From Phyllosticta citribraziliensis (Eukaryota), in NCBI RefSeq assembly GCF_038025025.1, contig NW_027117341.1:2356001-2420000 (forward strand): a DNA stretch of 64,000 nucleotides, read 5' to 3'. A program made the translations under genes and the position numbers. Positions 42,972 through 53,285 of this stretch are shown here, piece by piece (within the stretch, counting starts at the first letter, position 1; every line of letters begins with the position of its first letter). The notes beneath the pieces were generated by a model. The model did no database searches, was not told the DNA's origin, and saw only the letters and a program-made list of their open reading frames with translations.

Positions 42972-44108
42972 ATGGATTCCTCGCACCCAGCAGCCAACTC
43001 GGACTCCAACCAAGCCTTCCACCCTCTACAACTCACGACAATGATGGCCGCCAAAGCTCGCTCCAGTGCTGCTCTCAACTGCGCTCGACCAAGAACATTC
43101 AGTGCAGCAGGAACCGCCGACTCCAGATGTTGACGTGCACCTGGCACAAAAACTTGGAGCAATTCGTCCGCTCGCAGCTCAGCCCGAAGGAGCTGAAGCG
43201 CGTCCTCGATGGCGTCCAGGTCAGTCAGCTGTTTCAAAGCGAAAGGATGGTCGAACTGACTGACTGGCTGCCGCCGTGACAGTGGATGGCGCCCATGCGC
43301 CACGAGCCGGACTCCATCATTGTTAACATCAGCTACGTCGACTCGGCCTCCGAATCTGACGACTCTAAGCACGAGGAAGAAGAGGACAGCGATGGACTAT
43401 CATCCTTGAGCAGCATCGACGACGAGGTAATCGCAGGCCTTGGCCACAACCTCGCCAGCGTCAACCCACCCACTGGACCCCTGAGAGTCTGCGCACCGTA
43501 AGAGATGATCGTGGCCAAGGCCGCTGGTGGCTCTGGCGGTGCGCTCCTGGGCAGCCCATCCCCTGCTTCGAGTTCCTGTGTGCTGTCCAGTCCTCTGAGA
43601 TGCCTCTGTCCTCTTCTCACCACCACCCAGACGAACCTACGATGAGCGAACCTACGATGAGCGAACCTACGATGAGTGGTTCTCTCCCGGTCTCTCGCCG
43701 ACCGAGACTCTCCGCCCTAAACTCATGTCCCTGCGGTCGTCCTCTCCCACTTCTCCTTCACCACCGGTCTCGCCGACTGAGACTGTCCAACCTGGCCTAA
43801 TGTCCCTGCAGTCATCCTCTCACAGCTGCTCGGGCCAGTCGACTTCTCCTCTCCAGCTGCCGACGCCACTGCAAACGTTGCTGCCCGCTTTGCCCGCCGA
43901 GGCTGGCTCGGCGCGTCGTCCTACGGTCAAACTGCCCGCGCCGCTCGCGCGCGTCAAGTTAGACGACGCACCTATCTCTCGCCAGCTGGCGCCGCCGCTG
44001 CAAACGTTGCTGCCCGCTTCAACTGCTGAGGCTGGCTCAGCGTGTCGTCCCACGGTCAAACTGCCCAGCTATAAGACAATGGGGGGATTCTCGCAGCACC
44101 GTGGCTAG
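42972..44108 (+). pseudogene. C3H-finger-like/'WMAP' family gene B, disrupted
   Basis: C-x10-C-x10-C-x2-H (CSQLRSTKNIQCSRNRRLQMLTCTWHKN), intron 43220-43282, then WMAPMRHE, an acidic tract and a Pro/Ser tail with an internal duplication; contains frameshifts and a TAA stop. Confidence 0.65.
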
Positions 44109-45745
44109 GTGGTGTATAGAAAAGATGTTGTTGGCGATCTTTATTTCTTTCTCTTTCTACTTCCTATTTGCGTGATAGGAAGATCGGGTCATGTGGCGGA
44201 AGGGAAGGGATGTGAGGGTGCCATGGTATTTGTAGGTTCTCCTCAGCTGCCAGCTAGTAGTGAAGGCAAGCTAGATTGTGCATGCATTAGCCCAGATATA
44301 TTTACAATTGTACTTTTATGCGCACCTGTCGCCTTCTATTTAGTTTGCCGGCCGTCGCGACCACCAGCGAGAGAAGCCCACCCATCTACCCATCCCTCCT
44401 CTTCTTCGCCCTCGCGTCAGCAGCGATTTCCCCAATCTGGGGGGTCAAGAGATGGTCAGTCGCCTGCGTGTACCATACCATACCTACCTACCTACCTACC
44501 TACCGGGGGGAGGAGGTTGATGGTGGTGGCTACAGAGGAAACGAGACAAGATAAGACGAGTAGACGGCAGCTTTTGCCACGAGCGCGTCGCACGACAACT
44601 GCCCGGTATGTTTTGGTTTCCCGGCGGCGGCGGGCAACGGCGCCTGGCTTGCGGCGTCGGATCAGAGGGCAGGGCGTGGGATCACCAGAGAGAGAGAGAG
44701 AGAGAGTGAGAGAGAGGGAGGGAGGGAGGGAGGCGTCGTGCGCAGTCTGTCAAGCAAACAGCAACGGCCTCAACCTCGTGTCCACTTCCATTGGCCTCGG
44801 CCGACATTCAGGTCCGTTACAACTACCAGCAAAATTGACGTTGCAAGGCACCCTGGGGAGACGTCCCGGAGAAAGCTGGCAGCCACAAAGGCACCTCCAT
44901 GCTGCGGCTCTCAACCATGTCGAACTCGCACTTCACAAAGAGATGTTTCTGCGCGGCCAATCGCGTCCTCCTTTCCACCGCCGGGGCTCACATGCGCCGC
45001 CACGACTCGCCGCCTTCTTCTGCAGCGATATGGTGTTGACTGCTTGCCCGAATTCATGATGGCCTCGAGCAAGAAGAAGACGCCGCTGAGGTGCGCCGCC
45101 GTCACCATTCCAGTTCTCTCTGCAAATGTTCCCGGTCCTTGGACAAGAAGCCTCCTTGCGGCGCGGATGACGTTGTCTGTGTGCCTACGCGGTGCGGCGC
45201 GGTCCGTTGGCGCGCGACTCATTCCTTGCTGCCCGATTTTGAGCGCGGTGGTGGAAGATGAAGACGAAGACGAAGGAAGCCAAGTAAATGCGTTCTGTTG
45301 GCGCGGGCTTGCGAACACGATCATAGGGTGGTTCCGCCAGTATTCGGGTCCAGTGGATGTCGAGAACCCCCATCCGAATGTAGTTGTGCTGCGCGCGTGG
45401 GACGTGTTCTCTCGGTGTCATGTCCCTGGGCGGTAGCGGTAGGAGGGAGTCCGGATCAGATGGCACATTTTCAGCCGCCACCGGTGTGTCGTTGCAAGGA
45501 GGTTGTCGCGGTACAGGATCTGGACGTCGGCAGGCTGGAAGAGTGTGTCATTAGCGGCCTCGATTGCCAGCCAGTGGAGATGGTGGTGGTGTTGGTGGTG
45601 GAAAAGTACGAGGGAGGAGCTAGGTCGCCACCTACCTGTACCTTACCTACATGTACCCAGATTGGTAGTGACTTCTGAGAAGAGAAGGCATCACCCACCA
45701 TAAGTCCCAGCATATAATCCACTTGATCCCCGGGCTCGCTTGCGG

Positions 45746-45930
45746 GCCCCAGGCGAGCGCGCAGGCCCCAGGCGAGCGCGCAGGCCCCAGGCGAGCGCGC
45801 AGGCCCCAGGCGAGCGCGCAGGCCCCAGGCGAGCGCGCAGGCCCCAGGCGAGCGCGCAGGCCCCAGGCGAGCGCGCAGGCCCCAGGCGAGCGCGCAGGCC
45901 CCAGGCGAGCGCGCAGGCCCCAGGCGAGCG
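45746..45930. repeat. Perfect 19-bp tandem repeat (ccccaggcgagcgcgcagg), about 9-10 copies
   Basis: Read directly. Confidence 0.97.
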
Positions 45931-46399
45931 AGCAGAGCGCTTCGGCTTCGCTACCCGTAGTAGTCTTTCCCTTACACGGAACAAGAAACAAGAAACAACG
46001 ACGATGATGACGATGCCCATCATCTTCTACCATACCATGCCTCAGCCTGCACCGCCTCCCCGAAGCTCACAGATCCACCAACCATGTACTCATCGTGACG
46101 CCGCCTCAGGGTCAAGTGCGACAGAGGGCCCCCCTACAGCCTTGCTCGCCGGCTTGGGACCCTCAAACCTCAGCCCTGCTGCTGTCCGGATTGCGACGGG
46201 GAGAAATGTGATGTGATGATGATGGTGTGGCAAGAGGATGAGCCGAGGCTGATGATGCGGCAAGGGTGAGAGCAACCTTGGAAGGACAAGGCGGGGATGG
46301 CGACTGGTGGACACGACAGCGGCTCTTCCATGTCTCCTAGACCTTGCCAGTACATAGCAGGCAGCGGATGTTTAGATACTCCTAGCTGAGCGAGGGGCT

Positions 46400-47800
46400 A
46401 CAGAAAAGTGGATGCCCTTCAGTTGTGGTCGGCGGGCCAAGGGCGGTTGGCCTGCAGCGGTGGAGTGCTCTGCACACCCTGGTCCAACTTGCGTTTTTCC
46501 CCCGGGCCTAGGCTTGGTACCCTTTTCGGCGTCCTTTCACTTGCTCTTTGGGATGTACTTAGGTTCAACACCACCGCATTTCTTATTCTAGTACTCCTAA
46601 ACCTGATTAATTGGTTCGGGGCTGTCCATTAGGTTCTCTTTGGGCTCCCATGTCCTGTCCTCAAACTTGGGAAAACCCGCCCACATGATCTCGTATTTTA
46701 TGTTGACATCTGCGCCATCATACAAGTGGTTGAGGACCTGCTCCACGGCGAACTTCATCAACGGCTTCATCGTCGCCGTCTTCGTCTTCGTCCTTGGCCG
46801 GCTGCTTTTTCTTATTTTTCTTGTCAATTTCCTTGCAGGGTATCTCAGTTTCAGAAGCAGAGGCCTCGTCCTCGGAAAGCGCGGGCGGCATGTTGTGCGC
46901 GACTGCGCAGGGTGATGCTCAATTGGGATGATCAATGCTGAGGATGGAGACGGCAAGGTGCCCTCGCGCTCAAGGCGTGCAAGGTGCTGGTGTTGAGGGT
47001 TGGATCCAGTGACGGACGGATGCGGGAAACAGTGCTTTTGCGCAGGGGGGATGACCAGAACGGGTGTGCGGACGAGCTTTGGGCGCAACCCACGCCGTGC
47101 GCGATTCTCTGAAGCTTCTCCCGCTAAGATGTATCGAACTTGAAGGTCGCCGATACCGTAAAAGGGCTTCTCAGTGGGTGAGGGCCTGCGGCGGCTCGCG
47201 GAAGACGGGGTTGTCGCGGCAGAGAGGGACTTGAATCTCTGATACCAAGCCGTTCAAATACATCCGCCGGAATCTGTGGGCCAATATTGGAGGGGAGTGT
47301 GCGGACGAGACAGGAGAGCTATTGGACAATGAGGAAAAGCCTGCGCAGTGTGTCTGGTGGACTTTTCAAAGGTCAGCAAGGCCGCACACTGGCAATGAGA
47401 CCAAGGACGTACCATGAAGCCTGGACTGTGCTGTTCCATGGCTTTGCGAAACTCATTTTCGCGACGAGGCGAGGAACAACTGGTTCGAAGACAATGATGT
47501 GGTCCTGCGGGGTGGCGCGAGGACTGATGGCGAGAAGGATGAAGCTGTGGCTCTTCGATGCGAGATGCTCAGAAGACACGGGTTCTGATCCATCGCCCGG
47601 CGGCAGTGCGTGGGTGGGCTTCGGGTAGGCGTTGGGACTGGTTTCAAGATGGACATTGAAGGCTCCAGGTCCATGTCTCGTCCGAAGTGTAGCGCAAGAA
47701 GGTGGGCTGGCTATCTGTAGGTGTGACGGGAGGAGGACTTGTGTAAGCACGGACTTCCGTCAACTCTACCGTACCGGTACCTGTACTTCCTGAACCTCAG
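46400..47800 (-). pseudogene. Chromodomain-containing gene with nonsense lesions (ends approximate)
   Basis: FAVEQVLNH...KYEIMWAGFPKFEDRTWEPKENL at ~46757-46630 is a canonical chromodomain. It continues INQV*EY*NKK. Upstream GTACGT...CTGAC...AAG intron at ~47412-47362. Confidence 0.8.
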
Positions 47801-48586
47801 AGATATGACATCATACCTCGCGAGACGCCATCCTCAGGTCGCCCGACATATTCGCCTGAGCTGTGGCCTTCACCCACGCCTCGCCACCCACGCCTATTCT
47901 CTAGCCCGCTTCGCGAATCAAGACTTTGGGAACCGCCGCCATCGCCCAGCACATTCTCCCGGTCTGCGCACCATCCACTGGGCGCACCAACGCTCCGCGA
48001 ATCTCGCGCGTTCCTCTTTGATGGCACTGCACAAGTCTCCAGGTCGGTCCGCAAACGACGCCAACCTCCCCGCTCGAGCGCACCATCCTCCGACAATCGC
48101 CAATCGCGGTTTGGGTAGGTTGTCAAGTTGTCTGTTTTTGGCTTGGGGATATTGGTAACATGAATGGCAGTTTCAATCAGCTTTCCCCTCTTCGACCCTC
48201 CGGCTCAATTCGCGACCGACCTCTCGTCGAACACCTATCGAGGGCAGGATTGGTTCTGCACGTCCCAAGCAAGGCAATTCCGCCATCCGCCATCCGCCGG
48301 CCTCGTCTGCGCGCAAAGGACGCCGCCTGAAAACCAATCTACCTATCCATCCATCCATCCCCTTCATCGTCAACGTCGAATCCTGTCTCCAAATATTCCT
48401 GGCCGTGGACTTATTTTATCGAGGTGACGTACGTACCAGGCATCTTTTCAATCGACGTTGACGGGCGGCAGCGGCCAAGGGCGGTCGGTTTCCATGAAGC
48501 AAAATAGAAGTAGTGCAGGTATCGACTAAAAAGGGACGGCCGACGTGCGGACAATGAGGATGAGGCTAAGGGGCTACTTTCCACAG

Positions 48587-49984
48587 TCAAGGGGTCTCCT
48601 GACAAGTCTGGAGGCGCCTCGAACTGCGACCGTGGTGGCATGGATGCAGCCAAGGGGAATTCAAGGCAAACATATCATCTATCTCATCTACCTCTTTTTC
48701 CTTGGTGCATCTGTCCGCCTTCATCTGCTTGGTTGGCAGGCACCATGTCCAGCTTGGGCGGGACTTGGGGCACCTAAGCTGTTGTGGTAGTGGGTAATCC
48801 TCGACGCGCAGTGGTACCGGCAACAAATACCCCAGACTTTCAAGGCTGACAGCGAGAAAGTAGTCAAGTGAAAGTGCGAAGCAGCAGTTGAACAAGAAGA
48901 TTGGCCGCGTTGGGCTAACGGTGAGCAGAAAGGGAAAGGGGACGTACGCACCTGGGTCGGCTTGATCAGGCTGGCGTTCACATGCTGCTCCAGATTGCGC
49001 ATGGTCTCGATGATAAATAAATTCGATGGTCGTATCGACCGTCCTGGAAACTTGGTCAATCATCATGTTGTCGCATCGGGACACGGTCTCGGCCTCTTGG
49101 ATGACATGGCTGCGGACTTGTCCCCATAGCTGCCACGTCTGCTGGACATTGGTGGCGAGCAGTAAAGACTCGGTGGCGACGTCGTCGAGCGTGGCCAACA
49201 GCTTCGGGCCGTCCTTGTGGACGGCAGTTTGCGCGAGCCACCTCGACTCAAGCGACCCAAGGACCGCGGCTTGTTTTTGGCCGTAGTTGCTGAGCACCAT
49301 GCCCGTCTTGAGCGGCTTGATGTGGCCTTGTTTGAAGGCCGCCTCGCCCGACGCGGCCACGGTCAAACGTCACTCGTCGCGGCTGCTGGTGGGCGGTTGA
49401 AGGATGAAGGGCACGATGAGCGACACGAACAGCACGAGGCAGCTGCCGAAGATGAGCACTTGTTTCTAGTAGCTCCACCATGACCTCGTCGGCGTCGCCC
49501 GCATCGCCAGCTACTCGTTCGCCTGGTACAGCTGCTGGTCTCTCTCTGCCAACTGGTCGTGCAAGTTGCTGATGGTGTTTTGCTTTTCGCGGTTCCCGGC
49601 CTTTCCAGTCATTCGAGACACCGTCAGTCTTCTTCCTTGTTGCTGCGCAATGAACTTGGCATTTGCAAGCAAAAACCCACCTGCAACTCGGCCATCTCTC
49701 AAGTCCATGTGCAAACGAGTACGTGCAGCGCATTCGGCCACCTCGTCCTCCTCCACCCTGTTGCAAGAAACAATGCTGACATCAGAAGCAAATCGACACT
49801 GCCAGTCTCGACATCCGGATGGCGAGCCTCTTTCTTGATGATTTCCCACAGATGGTGCCCATGCCCATGTCCTCTGCCACCGCTTCATCGCCGTCGTCGC
49901 CACTGCTACCGCAGCCAACTGCCGCACCGCCCGAGCGCAATTGTCTGGGTTTCTTTGTAGAGTGCGGGGGCCTGGCATCTCCAT
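48587..49984 (-). pseudogene. Coiled-coil + transmembrane hypothetical protein with three in-frame stops
   Basis: ORFs 49511-49984 and 48587-49366 share a frame and are bridged by NE*LAMRATPTRSWWSY*KQVLIFGSCLVLFVSLIVPFILQ...DE*RL. Confidence 0.55.
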
Positions 49985-50460
49985 CCCCTACTTTATCTTT
50001 TTCTCCCTTTTCTTTCCTGTCTGCCGCTCTCTCTGCATCTGGTCGCGTTTGTCACCTGTTTTTCCCAGCTTCGCAATGATTTGTTCCCGTGCAACATGTG
50101 CTGAAACACGGACGCCTACCACACGCCGATCCCGACGGCGTTTGCCACCATGGCTTCGTATTCATTTCCCCGTACCGTGTTCTTCCACCCAAAGCTTTTG
50201 TTGTTCGCATGGTGCTCTCCCTCTCTCTCTCTCGTCGTTTTAAATAAGGTTCGGCCGTTCATCGGTGGCTGCGCTACAGCCCGCGTGGCGATCAAACTGC
50301 CTAGAAGCGTTAGCCTAGACGCCTGGAAGGCTGACGGACGGACGGACGGACGGACGGAGGGATGAGAGAGAGAGAGAGAGCATTGGTTTTCCCTGGCTGC
50401 TGCATGGTGTCAAGGCAGGCGGCGGCGGACCAAAAACATGGTCAGTCGTGTCGCTTGGAC

Positions 50461-52103
50461 TCACTGCTTCTTGGTCAGGATTCCATGTATGTGGGAAGAC
50501 AGCGATGAGTGGAGGGGCATGGAAGGAAACGCGCTCCGTCTGTCTGGCGGCGCGCCAAGAATCGGATTATTTTCCAAAGGACATTCATCATTACTGGGAG
50601 CAGTTAGTTCTTCTGCTAGTAAAAATGCACTCACACCATGTCGGAAAAAACGCACGTCGCACTCCCAGATCGCCTTCCTCATCAACAAATCATTTGATGG
50701 CAGTTTAGACAGCGGCCCTTGGCGCGGATTTGTTCGACGATGGTGCGGCCGCGAGGGAGGGTCTTGCGCCAGGCTTGGAGGTCTAAGGTGTCATTTGGTC
50801 GACAGGCGTTGAGCGAGAGACGTCGGAGTCATAGACCGTCGAAACAGGGTCGCTCGACAAACAGCAACGACGGTCAACGCTGTCTAGTGGGTGTTTTCCG
50901 TGGCATTCATCGCGGGCTTTGCGACTAGAGAGAGGCAACCAGGGGGTCGGTTACTGCGGCGTCGACAGGCCATCCACCTTAATCGCTAGAGTTTGAATTC
51001 CCGAACGGGCACAGCCGCTAGATCATTGCCCGCGGTATGCCTACCAAGAACTACTGCGTCGGCATGCCATGAATCTCCGTTGCTGTTATGGAAATCCTGA
51101 GATGGGAAAGTTGACTCTGCCCCCGGAAGCATTCCTGCTCCACTGATGCTAAAATTGGCCCAGATTTAGTCTCACACCTCAACCGCTCTCCTTCAATGGG
51201 TCTGACGTACCAATCGCCGTGCCACTGGACTTCAAAACGGCGTCCACCTTCCCTGATTCGGTCCTCCAACTGCCAAAGCCCTGAAACTCTTCGCGCCCAT
51301 GGCCTTTGAGCGTCACACTCGTTGTTTCTCTGGTCTCAGCTTTCCATCAAGTCTGACATCGCCAGCTTCACTGACGCGCTGGAGTCATGTCTCTGGCCGA
51401 ATTCGCTGAAGCTTTCCGAACTCGCGCCCTGCAGCTTCATTGCTTGAGCCACTGCTGCCGTGTCGCGCGCCAATCCGTCTTCATAAAAACCTCGCTTCGA
51501 GTCTTCCTTTCTCCAAGACGACAGCTATTCAGACGAAGCTCCTAAATATTCGCGCGGCGCACAACGCGCAAATCGACTGGCAGAGGATTGAAGTGACGGA
51601 ACTGCGAGACGTGGCCAACGATCGAGCCAGCGGGCAAATGGGAGGGAGGCGCGGGTAGTGAACAAGATGATGCTGCAATGGCGCTGGATCAGCTCGAGCG
51701 GGAAGACCCAAATCAGTTGAGTCGGTGAAAAGAGGAAATTGAAAGGGCAGCACGGAGACAGAGTATCTGCCATCTGGCGGGGTAAGCCAAGAGCAGACCA
51801 CGGGTTGGATGAAACTCGAAGGACGGGTTACTTTTCTGCTCATTTGCACCAGTAGTGGTTGCGAGAGTCCAGCGAATGGGTGTGCCTCATACCGCGCGCG
51901 GGTGGCTGGAACAGATGGACAAGGCTTTGTGGCCCGCATGTACTGATACTTCTCCTCCGAATCCGAGTGAGCCGGCGCTTCATTGAGGAGCGAGTTGGAC
52001 GACTCGTCTTCAACCGAGGGCACTTGGCCCCAGCTCCTTCGACGAGCTCAAGGCGTGTAGACGGCCATTGAAGGACCCTAGCATTGACAGCAGGCGCCAT
52101 CAC
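50461..52103 (-). pseudogene. Disrupted hypothetical gene with a weak chromodomain-like segment
   Basis: Several minus-strand ORF pieces. LEDRIREGGRRFEVQWHGDW (~51269-51210) resembles a chromodomain N-terminal half but lacks the TWEP motif. Confidence 0.3.
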
Positions 52104-52691
52104 TTGGCGCAGCAGAACTCAGGCAGACCAGAACCTTGTGTCAGTCGCGGTGTAGGAGATGAAGGATGGACGGTGTGAGGTCATCCGGAGAGACGCAGTT
52201 GGTCGGGTGGTCGGCCGAGAGAACCCGCGAAGACAGTCAACTGGCGTTCATCCGAGACGAAAGCTTTGGAACCTTTCATCTCTATTGTCCACATTCCAAG
52301 ATTGTAGCAGCTGCGGTTCGCCCCGGTGGCAGTACATGTGCGCGAATGAAATGATGGAGTCGATGCTGTGCTGAGGTGCGGCGCGTGTGTTGTGAGCCGA
52401 AGCGCATGGGCGCAGGAGCTGCATTGGCAGAGTCGCTGGGATGGCATCACGGCGAGACAGGGATGATGGACGGCACCCACTGCTGCCGGGAGCGGTTTGA
52501 TCGTGCTGGTGAGCAATGTTCCTGGAGGCAGGAATGGAGGAAACAGACAGGAGCCGTATGAGCTCACGAAACTTCCAGGTCAATGGGGCGAAGACGTGCG
52601 TCGCGGGTGCAGACGGGAGCAGGCTGGTGGCTGTTGTTGTTGAAGTGTCGTTGCGACGCGCGATCGGACGGAGACGGAGACGGAGACGGAG

Positions 52692-53075
52692 TCTCGCCAT
52701 CTCGCCAGCGGATCTCGCCAGCGGGAATGCCCAATCTCGCTAGCGGGTGACTCAGCCGCTTGCTCAGGTGACCGGCATACCCGCCAGCGGGAATGGCCAT
52801 GCTCGCCGGCGGGAATGGCCATACTCGCCAGCGGGTGACTCAGCTGCTTGCTCACGTGACGGGCATACTCGCCAGCGGGAATGGCCATACTCGCCAGCGG
52901 AAACCATACTCGCCAGCGGAAACCATACTCGCCAGCGGAAACCATACTCGCCAGCGGGTGACTCAGCCGCTTGCTCATGTGACCGGCATACTCGCCAGCG
53001 GGAATGGCCATACTCGCTGGCGGGAATCATATCTCGCTAGCGGGAATGCGTAATCCGATCTCGCCAGCGGAAATG
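52692..53075 (+). repeat. Palindromic-motif array 4 (about 15 copies), ~210 bp upstream of Ulp1-like copy 2
   Basis: Same 19/22/44-bp units as array 1, including three TGACTCA and CACGTG/CAGGTG/CATGTG variants. Confidence 0.95.
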
Positions 53076-53285
53076 CGCCATCTCAGCGCATCGCTTTGCA
53101 CAAGCAGGATGCTTGTGAGGATGAGTCAGCTTCTTGTGCAGCCAAGTAGGCGATTCTGTCGCACAAGTTCACACAAGTTGCTGACTTGTCAGATCATGTG
53201 ACCCGCTCCGCCAGACACGGCATCCGATCCATCACTGAGGTGACTGACTGCCTGACGCATGAGGTGCCCGAGCCTATAACACTCA

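Noticed and set aside
44109..45059. 316-aa plus-strand ORF
   Set aside because: Runs through microsatellites ((tacc)n, (ga)n) and intergenic-looking sequence; likely spurious.
45647..46216. Repetitive ORFs over the 19-bp tandem repeat
   Set aside because: Stop-free repeat open in several frames on both strands; no coding evidence.
52564..53053. ORFs with AIPAGEY/SHPLAS repeats (also 33627-34372 and 38586-38846)
   Set aside because: The 19-, 22-, 44- and 85-bp units are not multiples of three and all frames are open. These are by-products of GC-rich arrays.
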